Below, piece by piece: positions 1-8,667 of a stretch of 64,000 bases of DNA. The notes under the pieces are model-generated. The model was not told where the DNA came from, ran no database searches, and worked only from the letters and a program-made list of their open reading frames with translations. The translations under genes were made by a program, and so were the position numbers. The stretch is from Phycisphaerae bacterium (GTDB lineage: Bacteria > Planctomycetota > Phycisphaerae > UBA1845), in contig CAXXGO010000001.1 in assembly GCA_963666835.2 (NCBI GenBank), positions 128,001 to 192,000 of the forward strand. Direction: 5' to 3'. Each line of letters starts with the position of its first letter. Position 1 is the stretch's first letter.

Positions 1-2195
1 TGATGGCAGTCGCGGCAGCCGTCGGTGGGCGGAAACTGCGGAGTGTAGCCCCATGATTCCTCCTTAGGCCGCACGTTGTGGTCCTTACCCCACAAATAAG
101 GCCACCAGGTCATGGGGATTCCGGTTCCCTCCGGTTCGAAGTAGCTCACTCCCTCGTCCGCTTGCGGATCCTCATACCATACCCGCTGCCCCTTAACCAG
201 CACGGGTCGGTTAGCCACGGGTACGCCGTGCGCATCATTACCTTTCAGGGCGTTGATGCAGGCGAGGATTTCCTCAGGTCGGTTAATCTCCAATTGTCCG
301 TCGCCGTTGTTGTCTTCGACTATGGGCAGCGGCTCGGGTATTACCTGGCTGACCCGCCACGTATATATGGGCGAGACGATGTCATCGCTCAAATCTTCGG
401 GCGTACCGTTCTGGTCCCAATCGCCCCAATAGACCATGACCCAGATGTTGACCGGGAACAGCCGATCCACCCCGTCTACGTCTTTCTTCCACTTAAGTGC
501 CGGATACCAGCGGCTTTTGTCCGGGTTGGTCGGATCCAGCGGATCGGCCGAGTAGTATTGCGTGGTCATCCCGACCGCGCCGGGGATCGTAATGTCCCTG
601 AACAGCACCGCCGGCGCCAGCGAATAGGGGATGTGGCAGCTCTGGCATGACATCAGTTCGAACGGTTCAGTATAGTGAATGATGGGCTCTCCGGGGACCT
701 CCGGAGCTTCGGGATGTTTCCCCGGATTCGGCGCGCCGCCCGGCAGTTGCCCCAAATGGCAACTTCGGCAATCGCGCAGGGTATTCCAATCGAGGTCGTT
801 ACGGTATTGGATCTGAAAGCTGTTGCCCCGCCCGAAGTTGTGGTGCAGATCTCCAATGTGACAGACGGTACACGCTCGACTTTCCTCCGGCGGGATGTCA
901 TTCGTCGGGTCGTCGTCCGACAGGTTGTTGAACTTGCGGTACATTACGTTGCTGTCGTCAAACCAGACCGTGCCGGTAATGGTGCCGTAAGGATGGCACG
1001 CCCAACAGGCTTGGTCTTTCGGAGGCCACGTTACCGAAGCCGGCGCCAGGGCGAGGCCGCCGTCCGGGCCGGCGAGAAGGCTCCCGTCGGCGACGCCTAC
1101 CGCGTAATCGATTTGCAGCGTCGGGTTGGTATCAGTTCTTTGTGAAGTTGCCGTGCCGTCTTCGAGGAACGCGGCGTCTGCAGTCGTATACGATTCGCCT
1201 GCCGGCCCCTTGGCGGCCGAGGCGGCGTACTCCATTTGCGAGAACCAGCCCTGACCGGCGGTGCTCGCCGCTGCGAAGGCCGGGACCGGTTGACCGTGCG
1301 CGTCTTGCAGAGTTTCAGCCGTCGCCAGCGTATTCTTGCGCCATACGAAGTTCAGATCGACGCCGTCCACAACAGTGCGGTCCGCCCGATGGCAGCGCAG
1401 ACAGTCCGGACCGGATAGGCCGGTCACATTCCACGGGGCAAGCCGTGACAAGCCGGTGACATAGTCCAGGACGCTGTAGTCACCATCCAGAGTTACGTCG
1501 TCCGCGGTCTGGCCGAGCACCTCGTAGCCGAACTGTCCGGTGGCTAAGTCATAGAATGGTCGACCGTTGCGATCGAACTCGCCCGGTCCGCCGCCCGGAT
1601 GGCAACTGCCACAGTCACGAATCCAGGCAAAGGCCGTCTGCTCCATGGCGGATTCGCTCGTATTGTCCTTGGCGGCCAAAAGGTACTTAAAGGTCTGACC
1701 CCACTTGCCGTAGCGGCCGGAACTCTTGATCCACCAGCGCCCGTCGGTGTAGTAGTCGTCCTTCATGTCGAGGTCGCCTGCGGTGTCCGTGCGACCCTGC
1801 TGGAACAGGAACCCGTTGGTTACGACGGAGGCATTATGGCAGCCGCCGCATGTTTGTCGTCCGCTGTATGGTCGGGTGGAGTCAATTGTTATCACGTTGC
1901 CGAGGTCGTCCTTGAGAGGCATGGGTAAGTGCCCCAGAGACTGCTGGAAAACGGAGAAGTCGGCCAGGTCGATCCGTTGGTCTCCGTTGAAGTCGAAGGC
2001 CCCGAGGCAATCTGATGAGATCGGTGCCGCGGTTGGCTCGAGGGGCGAAACGCACTCGGCGAAAAACGCGTAATCGTCCAGTCCTATATATCCGTCACCA
2101 CTAACATCTACGGAGGCAAACAACGCTGAACTCCCGGCCGTACATACAGCCAGGGTCGCGGCCAGAATTAGCGCACCGCGTGTATAGTCGAACAT
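1..2195 (-). CDS. Secreted multiheme c-type cytochrome (>=8 CxxCH) with N-terminal dockerin/EF-hand-like pair; 3' end runs out of the window
   Basis: Translated by hand; absent from the ORF track because there is no stop in the window. ATG 2195 after GGGAGAGAGG. Signal peptide MFDYTRGALILAATLAVC..., then DVSGDGYIGLDDY and DFNGDQRIDLADF, then CGGCH, CGSCH, CLRCH, CWACH, CTVCH, CRSCH, CQSCH(IP), CRDCH in one frame. Confidence 0.9.
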   Translation of the reverse strand, partial: MFDYTRGALILAATLAVCTAGSSALFASVDVSGDGYIGLDDYAFFAECVSPLEPTAAPISSDCLGAFDFNGDQRIDLADFSVFQQSLGHLPMPLKDDLGNVITIDSTRPYSGRQTCGGCHNASVVTNGFLFQQGRTDTAGDLDMKDDYYTDGRWWIKSSGRYGKWGQTFKYLLAAKDNTSESAMEQTAFAWIRDCGSCHPGGGPGEFDRNGRPFYDLATGQFGYEVLGQTADDVTLDGDYSVLDYVTGLSRLAPWNVTGLSGPDCLRCHRADRTVVDGVDLNFVWRKNTLATAETLQDAHGQPVPAFAAASTAGQGWFSQMEYAASAAKGPAGESYTTADAAFLEDGTATSQRTDTNPTLQIDYAVGVADGSLLAGPDGGLALAPASVTWPPKDQACWACHPYGTITGTVWFDDSNVMYRKFNNLSDDDPTNDIPPEESRACTVCHIGDLHHNFGRGNSFQIQYRNDLDWNTLRDCRSCHLGQLPGGAPNPGKHPEAPEVPGEPIIHYTEPFELMSCQSCHIPYSLAPAVLFRDITIPGAVGMTTQYYSADPLDPTNPDKSRWYPALKWKKDVDGVDRLFPVNIWVMVYWGDWDQNGTPEDLSDDIVSPIYTWRVSQVIPEPLPIVEDNNGDGQLEINRPEEILACINALKGNDAHGVPVANRPVLVKGQRVWYEDPQADEGVSYFEPEGTGIPMTWWPYLWGKDHNVRPKEESWGYTPQFPPTDGCRDCH

Positions 2196-2310
2196 TGCCT
2201 CTCTCCCATAACCTGGCGTTGGCTACCCCTCCCTCCGAAGGGGGGCACCAACCACGACGCCTTGACCGGAAGACGGTCCGGTAACCGGAACCTGACCTTT
2301 GGGTCCTGGA

Positions 2311-2883
2311 TTACGGCGGATTCTGCTCTCCTTCTGTAAGCAGCCGCAGGAGCGCATCACGAACCTCGTCGTTGAACCCCGAAAATGCCTGATCCTGATA
2401 GAACATGATAGGCAGGTACCCAAAAGTGGTCGAGACGCCCTGACTGGCGGAGAACTCCGCTTCAAGCTCGTACATCAAGGCTACTTCCCCATCTTCGGTA
2501 GTGAGGTGCTCCTCGACCTTCAACGTCGGGTAATCCTCAACTATGCTGTTGAACCAATCCAGTGCTTCCAAACACATCGAACCGGCGTTGTTATGGAACA
2601 TAAGTAACGTACCCAGATCGGTCTCGTCATCGGGATCGGTTTCACCGCCGGGGTCGGTCTCATCATCGGGATCAGTTTCACCGTTCGGATCGACCTCGTC
2701 ACCGGGGTCGGTTTCGCCGCCGGGGTCGACCTCGTTACCGGGATCGCTCTCGCCGTCGGGGGCAACTTCGCCACCGGGGTCGACTTGACCACCAGGATCC
2801 ACTTCGCTGCCGGGATCCGGCGCTACGGCGCAACCGCCCCACAGCAACCCCACGAATAAAAAAACGGTTAGGAGTGATCTCAT
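2311..2883 (-). CDS. Lipoprotein with acidic DPxxE[VT] hexapeptide linker and C-terminal glutaredoxin/thioredoxin-like domain (single Cys)
   Basis: Lipobox LWGGC; ~11 hexapeptide repeats; MFHNNAGSMCLEAL...YLPIMF...FSGF. ATGA overlap with the upstream gene. Confidence 0.7.
   Translation of the reverse strand: MRSLLTVFLFVGLLWGGCAVAPDPGSEVDPGGQVDPGGEVAPDGESDPGNEVDPGGETDPGDEVDPNGETDPDDETDPGGETDPDDETDLGTLLMFHNNAGSMCLEALDWFNSIVEDYPTLKVEEHLTTEDGEVALMYELEAEFSASQGVSTTFGYLPIMFYQDQAFSGFNDEVRDALLRLLTEGEQNPP
2612..2820 (-). repeat. 18-bp coding tandem repeat (~11 copies, DPGGEV/DPDDET)
   Basis: Repeated units such as ggggtcgacctcg and gggatcggtttcaccg, visible in DNA and translation. Confidence 0.85.
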
Positions 2884-3803
2884 GGCGCCGCACACGGGTT
2901 CTGTAATTGGTCCAAGTCCTCCAGCTCGTCGAGCGGAGTAGAAGGCGTCGGGGTGGTGTAGAGGACTTCGCGGTTCTCAGGGATCAAGGCCAACGGTACT
3001 TCGAGATTGACCCCGCTGTTGGCGGTCACCCAGACATCAAAATTAGCCGCCCATTCAACCGTAGCACCGTCAAGGAGGTTCTCGTATGTGTCCCACCAGT
3101 CCTTCTTGACACCGCCCAGGTAGGCATGCGATGCCACCATGATTCGCTCAGGCTGCTTGGCCACGGCTTCGTCCACCACGTCGGCGAACTCGGCGGCCGT
3201 CGAGCCGCGTGCCCACAGAGAGTAATCGCACAGACTCCCGCGCCCCATATCCTCGAAGGTCACGTTACTGACCGAGATGATCTTGCAGTCATATTCATCC
3301 GGCTGGTAGATGATGGCTTCGACGTCACTGGTGCCGCGGGCCAGGACATATTCTACGCCAAGAGCCTCGGCGGCTTTCAGGGTGTTCTCGTCGTACGCGA
3401 AGTAGCGACTTCCGAACACTCGCATGGGTTTCTCGGTAACGGTTTCGACCAGTTCCTGCGCTTCCTCGATCACGGCTAACTGGGTTTCGTAATCCACATC
3501 CCATAAGGGCTCCTGCGAGTAGCCGCCGGCAATCTCATGGCCTTCGTCGGCGAGCCACTTGATGTCCTCGGGGTACTCCTCCAGGATGTTCGCGGTCACG
3601 AAGACCAGGGACTTCAGACCACGCTGATCCAACTCGTAGGCCCAATTCCTCAGCCCGTCCATGTGCTCGAACTCTATCAACTGAATGAGCCCCACCGGTT
3701 TCTGCTCGTCGGGCTCATCCACCATGAACGGCCAATTGACACACCCCGTAACAAGCAGAACAAACGCCGCTGGAACGATCGTCTGTCGTATCATCCTTAC
3801 CAT
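2880..3803 (-). CDS. Polysaccharide-deacetylase-fold (NodB-like) lipoprotein with atypical active-site motifs
   Basis: Lipobox LVTGC; LVFVT...YPEDIK..ADEGHEIAGG pattern of the CE4 fold, but canonical TFDD and HEIxxH are replaced. Confidence 0.7.
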   Translation of the reverse strand: MVRMIRQTIVPAAFVLLVTGCVNWPFMVDEPDEQKPVGLIQLIEFEHMDGLRNWAYELDQRGLKSLVFVTANILEEYPEDIKWLADEGHEIAGGYSQEPLWDVDYETQLAVIEEAQELVETVTEKPMRVFGSRYFAYDENTLKAAEALGVEYVLARGTSDVEAIIYQPDEYDCKIISVSNVTFEDMGRGSLCDYSLWARGSTAAEFADVVDEAVAKQPERIMVASHAYLGGVKKDWWDTYENLLDGATVEWAANFDVWVTANSGVNLEVPLALIPENREVLYTTPTPSTPLDELEDLDQLQNPCAAP

Positions 3804-4074
3804 CTCTCGAATCCTTCCGTTTGGGCAACGTCCTCATGAACGACGGCCAGACCACGGTTATCTGTAAGCGGCAGAGAAACTCAACATGTCCCCGCTCGCG
3901 ACAATTCGATCTTAACCCTCCCAATCGTTCTATGAACCCCCGGGGCTCTCAAACGGCAACGGAAGCCGTTGGCGGCCTCCTCGCCCGGCTGTTCCGGACC
4001 GGCCTGGGTTCGGGTGGCAGGCTGGAAGCCTGCGCTGCGAATCGAACAACCCGGGTCCTACCTGGAAGGAACCC

Positions 4075-4090
4075 TGCAAAACGTACGCCA
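4075..4090 (-). promoter_or_regulatory. sigma54 (-24/-12) promoter for the leftward lipoprotein/cytochrome operon
   Basis: Minus strand TGGCGTACGTTTTGCA = GG-N10-GC; AT-rich IHF-like tract at ~4117-4146 upstream. Confidence 0.65.
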
Positions 4091-4213
4091 ATCCAGCCTG
4101 CGAAGAGCGGGACGCTCATAAACAGCTTTCTAGAAAGGTTTTATAGCGGAATGTCCGATATGGCAACATGAGCTTGCAGGCGCAAATCGAGATGATATGA
4201 GCGGGGTCCGGCA

Positions 4214-4224
4214 TGCAAAATGCA
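4214..4224. promoter_or_regulatory. Putative activator site TGCA-N3-TGCA
   Basis: TGCAAAATGCA ~125 bp upstream of the 4075-4090 promoter; same pattern as 5802-5816. Confidence 0.5.
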
Positions 4225-4471
4225 ATGGAGAACTCCGGAGTGGACCGATACCGAGCGGGTGTCCGCTGCCGTGGTGGGTGGGCGTTGGATCTCCGCCCGT
4301 AGCGTAGTCGGTGGAGGCGCACGGGGGAGACGCGCGGAGCGTGCGGCGGCTTGGCGTACCTGAACGAATTGGTGGCTGTTTCGCCTTGAGTCATGTGGCG
4401 GAAAAAATAGGTGACTGTCCCCCATTAAAACGCCCATTAAAACGCCCGACCGACAAGCGAGAGATGTTATC

Positions 4472-5797
4472 TTGGAGTCCATCGCCGATGGGGTCTTTAC
4501 CGTCGACTTGGACTGGCGGATTACGTCGTTCAACGGGGCGGCAGAGCGGATTACCGGGGTGTTGCGCCAGGACGCCATCGGACAGAAGTGCTGCGACGTC
4601 TTCCGGGCGAGCATCTGCGAAAACGAGTGCGCGCTCAGAGAAACGCGGGGTGGTAGCCGCCCCATCGTTAACAAAGCGATCTACATCCTCGATGCAGAAG
4701 GTCGGCGGGTGCCGATCAGCATCTCGGCGGCCGCTCTGAAGGACCCCGACGGCAACGTCATCGGAGGGGTCGAGACCTTCCGCGATCTGAGCATGGTCGA
4801 AGAGCTCCGCAAGGAACTCGAGGGTACCTACACCTTCGCGGACATCGTTGGTCGCGGGCCGGCCATGCGGCAGCTCTTCGACCTGCTGCCTAGAGTCTCC
4901 GACAGCGGCAGTACCGTGCTGATCGAAGGTGCCAGCGGAACCGGCAAGGAACTAGTCGCCCGGGCAATCCACAACCTGTCACAACGCCGCGGCAAGCGCT
5001 TCGTGGCAATCAACTGCGGGGCTTTGCCGGATACGCTGCTGGAATCGGAGCTGTTCGGCTACAAGGCCGGGGCGTTTACCGATGCCCGGCGCGACAAGCC
5101 GGGTCGGTTCGCGGCCGCGTCCGGCGGGACTATCCTGCTCGACGAGATCGGGGACGTATCCCCGGCCATGCAGTCGCGTTTGCTGCGGGTTCTGCAGGAG
5201 CGCGTCTATGAGCCGCTGGGCTCGGTTGAGCCGGTCGAGACGGATGTTCGCGTCATCGCGGCCACAAACAAGGACCTCGCGCGATTGGTTCGCAAGGGCA
5301 CATTCCGCCAGGATCTGTACTACCGGATCAACGTCATTCGGCTGAAGTTGCCGCCGCTACGTGATCGACGCGAGGATGTGCCGCTTCTGGTGGAGCGCTT
5401 CATCGGCAAGTTCAATCGCCTGCAGAACAAAGACGTCGCCGGAGTCTCGGACGAGACCCTGGCGATCCTCATGGAGCACGACTATCCGGGAAACGTCCGC
5501 GAATTGGAGAACATCGTCGAACATGCGTTTGTGCTGCGCCAGTCCGGTATGATCGAACCGTGCCACCTTCCGCCGTCGCTGCGCGGCGATGACGATGTCA
5601 AGCCTCTGCGCCCTCAGGGTGCCCGAACGCTTAAAGCCCTTGAGGCCATCCACATCGTCGATTCCATTCGAAGAAACGGTGGCAACCGCACGGCCGCCGC
5701 CAAGGAACTGGGGATCAACCCCAGCACCCTGTTCCGCAAAATCAAGTTGCTGGGAATAGAGCTTCCCGGGCTCGGACACCCGGAACAGGCCGAATAG
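4472..5797 (+). CDS. PAS-AAA+-Fis sigma54-dependent activator, OrpR-like (Cys-rich PAS)
   Basis: PAS with KCCDVFRASICENEC; Walker A GASGTGKE; GAFTDA; DEIGD; PGNVREL; C-terminal Fis HTH. Start uncertain (TTG). Confidence 0.92.
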   Translation: MESIADGVFTVDLDWRITSFNGAAERITGVLRQDAIGQKCCDVFRASICENECALRETRGGSRPIVNKAIYILDAEGRRVPISISAAALKDPDGNVIGGVETFRDLSMVEELRKELEGTYTFADIVGRGPAMRQLFDLLPRVSDSGSTVLIEGASGTGKELVARAIHNLSQRRGKRFVAINCGALPDTLLESELFGYKAGAFTDARRDKPGRFAAASGGTILLDEIGDVSPAMQSRLLRVLQERVYEPLGSVEPVETDVRVIAATNKDLARLVRKGTFRQDLYYRINVIRLKLPPLRDRREDVPLLVERFIGKFNRLQNKDVAGVSDETLAILMEHDYPGNVRELENIVEHAFVLRQSGMIEPCHLPPSLRGDDDVKPLRPQGARTLKALEAIHIVDSIRRNGGNRTAAAKELGINPSTLFRKIKLLGIELPGLGHPEQAE

Positions 5798-5801
5798 AGG
5801 T

Positions 5802-5847
5802 GTTGCATTCTGCAACTCTCAATCCCGACATTGCGTTGCATCTTGCC
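5802..5847. promoter_or_regulatory. Tandem activator binding sites (UAS)
   Basis: Palindrome GTTGCA-TTC-TGCAAC (5802-5816) and a weaker GTTGCA-TCT-TGCC 33 bp downstream. Confidence 0.65.
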
Positions 5848-5937
5848 GGACAAGGCCCGGGCCGCCTATAGGTCTTGAGCTACGTAACAGCTTGTTATAT
5901 AAGCACTTACCACCATATTGGCGGCTCGGCCTGTCGG

Positions 5938-5953
5938 TGGTACGCTGTATGCA
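5938..5953 (+). promoter_or_regulatory. sigma54 promoter for the orp-like operon (near-leaderless transcript)
   Basis: TGGTACGCTGTATGCA = GG-N10-GC; IHF-like TATAAGCACTTA at ~5898-5909; ATG at 5967 lies just after the predicted +1. Confidence 0.7.
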
Positions 5954-5966
5954 CGTATGTTCGGCG

Positions 5967-6374
5967 ATGAAAGTAGCGATTCCAACTTGGCACGGGCGGG
6001 TCTCACCGGTGTTCGACGTCGCGAAGCAGTTGCTGGTCGTGGTTGTTGAGGGCGGCGTCGAGGTTAGCCGGGAGGATCAGGGGCTTGACGAGATGGATTT
6101 GCCACGGCGAGCCGGTCGTGTGGCCGAACTCGGCGTGGACGTGCTGATTTGCGGGGCGATATCCGCGCCGCTGGAATGCATGTTGGTATCGGCCGGCGTG
6201 CGGGTCGTCGGGCATGTCTGCGGGCCGGTCAAAGAAGTGCTCGAGGCGTTCGTGACAGGACAGTTGACAGACACGGCGTTCTTGATGCCGGGTTGCTGTG
6301 GTCGGCAGCGTGGGGCACGACGTCGGCATCGCGGTGGCCGGTGCAGGCCGGGCACGCCGGGAGGAACGGTATGA
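5967..6374 (+). CDS. NifB/NifX-family (dinitrogenase FeMo-cofactor domain) protein
   Basis: MKVAIPTWHGRVSPVFD...VDVLICGAIS; Cys/Arg-rich tail MPGCCGR. Confidence 0.85.
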   Translation: MKVAIPTWHGRVSPVFDVAKQLLVVVVEGGVEVSREDQGLDEMDLPRRAGRVAELGVDVLICGAISAPLECMLVSAGVRVVGHVCGPVKEVLEAFVTGQLTDTAFLMPGCCGRQRGARRRHRGGRCRPGTPGGTV

Positions 6375-6730
6375 AAGTGGCAATCACGGCACAAGGTGCG
6401 GACATGGACGCCGAAGTTGATCCCCGCTTCGGCCGGGCGAAGTTCTTTATTGTGGTTGATCTCGATACCGGTGATTTCTCGGCACATGACAACACTCAGA
6501 ATCTCAACGCGGCTCAAGGTGCGGGCATCCAGGCCGCGCAGAACGTGGTGAACCTCGGAGTGGAAGCGGTCATCACCGGGAATGTCGGACCTAAGGCGTT
6601 TACCGCTCTTGAGGCGGGCAACGTCAAACAGTACATCGGGGCCGCCGGCTCCGTGCGTGATACGCTCGAGAAATACAAAGCCGGGCAGCTTGAGGTAGCG
6701 GCTAACGCCAACGTGAGTGGACACTGGTGA
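6371..6730 (+). CDS. NifB/NifX-family protein, Orange-protein (ORP)-like
   Basis: MKVAITAQG..DPRFGRAKFF...GAGIQAAQ..VITGNVGPKAF; ATGA overlap with the previous gene. Confidence 0.9.
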   Translation: MKVAITAQGADMDAEVDPRFGRAKFFIVVDLDTGDFSAHDNTQNLNAAQGAGIQAAQNVVNLGVEAVITGNVGPKAFTALEAGNVKQYIGAAGSVRDTLEKYKAGQLEVAANANVSGHW

Positions 6731-6937
6731 TAGGAAGTTCGAAAGTGGGGGTTCCACCCCCGTGTAGCGGATTCGCCAGTGTCGTTTACGAGTAGATTAC
6801 TCAGGGTCCTTCAATTGTATTGAAGGGAGAGTGGGGGGTCTCCCAAGACGGGCGATCCTCTCACAAATGCTCCTCGATAATTTAGGGGTGAGGTACGACC
6901 CTGTGGACAATGAAATGAAGAAAGGTAGGTAAAACAA

Positions 6938-7297
6938 ATGCCGGGAGGTGACGGAACCGGACCGATGGGTCTCGGAGAAATGACTGGAAGAGGATTGGGG
7001 TATTGTTCAGGCTCGACGACACCAGGCTTCATGAACCCGATGCCCGGGATGGGGCGCGGAATGGGCTGGGGCCGTGGTCGAGGCGGACGTGGTGGGCGTT
7101 GGGGTATGGGTCGCGGTTGGGGCCGCGCGAACTTTGCGATGGGCGTTTACCCCGCTACGGTGAACTACGGGGTACCCTTTGCGGGCGAACCGGATGTGGG
7201 GATGCTCAAGAGCCAGGCGCAGCGTCTGGAAGGGGCGCTCAACGAGATTCGCAGGAAGCTTGCTGAGCTGGAAACAGCCCAAACGAAAGAGAGTTGA
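6938..7297 (+). CDS. DUF5320-family Gly/Arg-rich protein
   Basis: MPGGDGTGPMGLGEMTGRGLGYC signature, GRG repeats, C-terminal coiled coil. Confidence 0.85.
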   Translation: MPGGDGTGPMGLGEMTGRGLGYCSGSTTPGFMNPMPGMGRGMGWGRGRGGRGGRWGMGRGWGRANFAMGVYPATVNYGVPFAGEPDVGMLKSQAQRLEGALNEIRRKLAELETAQTKES

Positions 7298-7299
7298 AT

Positions 7300-7674
7300 A
7301 TGCCGCGAGGCGATGGAACGGGACCGGGTGGAGGCGGTGGCGGCCGCGGAGGACGTGGTGGCGGTGGCGGACGTGGTTGTGGCCGCGGAAGAGGCTGCGG
7401 ACGCGGCGGAGGCGTTGGGCAGGTAGCCCCGGCGGGGTCAGGTCGGCAAAGGACCACCCCGCCCGATACGAAAAGGACGGCGCCGCAGGGTCGGGCGGCT
7501 CCGGTGGCGACCGTTGATGCGGATGCGTGTTGCCTTTGTGGCGCTTGTCAGACGGTATGCCCGGCTAACGCGATTACGTTAGGAGACACGACTGTTCACG
7601 TTGACCAGGCCCTCTGCCGCGGTTGTGGGGCGTGTGCGAATGCGTGTCCGAGTGACGCGATCCGGCTCGCGTGA
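7300..7674 (+). CDS. 2x[4Fe-4S] ferredoxin with DUF5320-like Gly-rich N-terminus
   Basis: MPRGDGTGP...; CCLCGACQTVCP and CRGCGACANACP. Confidence 0.85.
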   Translation: MPRGDGTGPGGGGGGRGGRGGGGGRGCGRGRGCGRGGGVGQVAPAGSGRQRTTPPDTKRTAPQGRAAPVATVDADACCLCGACQTVCPANAITLGDTTVHVDQALCRGCGACANACPSDAIRLA

Positions 7675-7722
7675 AACGGCGGGTTGTGGTCTAATAGGGC
7701 CGCGGGAAGACGGTCTGAACGA

Positions 7723-8601
7723 ATGCGAACGTATCTAGAATGTGTGCCGTGCTTTTTGCGCCAAGCGCTGTCTGCCGCTCGAATGGTTACCGACGACCCG
7801 GCGGTGCATGAGGAGGTTGTCCGCGAGACTCTCCGGCTCACTGTGACGATGCCGTTTGATCGGTCGCCGCCCTGGATGGGACAGCAGATTCACCGGCTTC
7901 TGCGGGAGGCGACGGGAAACGGCGACCCGTACGCCGAGGTGAAGCGGCGTTCAAACGACCTCGCCTTGGCATTGTATGACACCTTGCAGGGGCATGTCCG
8001 CGGTTCCGCCGACCTGTTCGTTACGGCCGTGAGTCTGGCGATTGCCGGAAACGTGATCGACTTCGGCTGTCGCAACCGGTTGGACAGCGAAGACGTCCAC
8101 CGGGCGATCGAAGATGCGTTGAACGATCCCGTTAACGAGGTTGCCTGCGATGAACTGCGGCAGGCGGTTGAAGACGCCGGGGACATCCTGTACCTGGCCG
8201 ACAACGCGGGCGAGATCGTCTTCGACCGTTTACTGTTAGAGCAACTGCCTAAGGACCGTGTCACCCTGGTGGTGCGCGGCGGTCCCGTGATCAACGATGC
8301 GACGTGGGCGGACGTGAAATCGATCGGGTTGGACTCGCTCGTTGCGGTAATGGACAACGGTGATGACACGCCCGGTACGATCATCGAGTCGTGTTCGCCG
8401 GCCTTCAAGGCGCGGTTTGAACAGTGCGATCTCGTAATCGCCAAAGGCCAGGGCAACTATGAGACTTTGGGGGGAGGCGATCCGCGCGTCTTCTTTCTGC
8501 TCAAAGTGAAATGCCCGGTGATCGCCAGGGACATCGGATGCAAGGTTGGAGAGATGGTTGTCCGCCGAAACACCACGCAAGCGCAGCGGGTCGTGACGTG
8601 A
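7723..8601 (+). CDS. DUF89/ARMT1-like damage-control phosphatase
   Basis: ECVPCF, AGNVIDFG, DNAGEIVFD, KGQGNYETL, KC motifs. Confidence 0.9.
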   Translation: MRTYLECVPCFLRQALSAARMVTDDPAVHEEVVRETLRLTVTMPFDRSPPWMGQQIHRLLREATGNGDPYAEVKRRSNDLALALYDTLQGHVRGSADLFVTAVSLAIAGNVIDFGCRNRLDSEDVHRAIEDALNDPVNEVACDELRQAVEDAGDILYLADNAGEIVFDRLLLEQLPKDRVTLVVRGGPVINDATWADVKSIGLDSLVAVMDNGDDTPGTIIESCSPAFKARFEQCDLVIAKGQGNYETLGGGDPRVFFLLKVKCPVIARDIGCKVGEMVVRRNTTQAQRVVT

Positions 8602-8667
8602 TTCGAATCCAGCTCTCGGTGGCGGGCAACGTATGCAGATAGGGCATCTTCGATAAGGGTATAACGT

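Noticed and set aside
78..2073. Plus-strand ORFs 78-650, 675-1145, 1599-1928 and others
   Set aside because: Antisense shadows of the minus-strand multiheme cytochrome.
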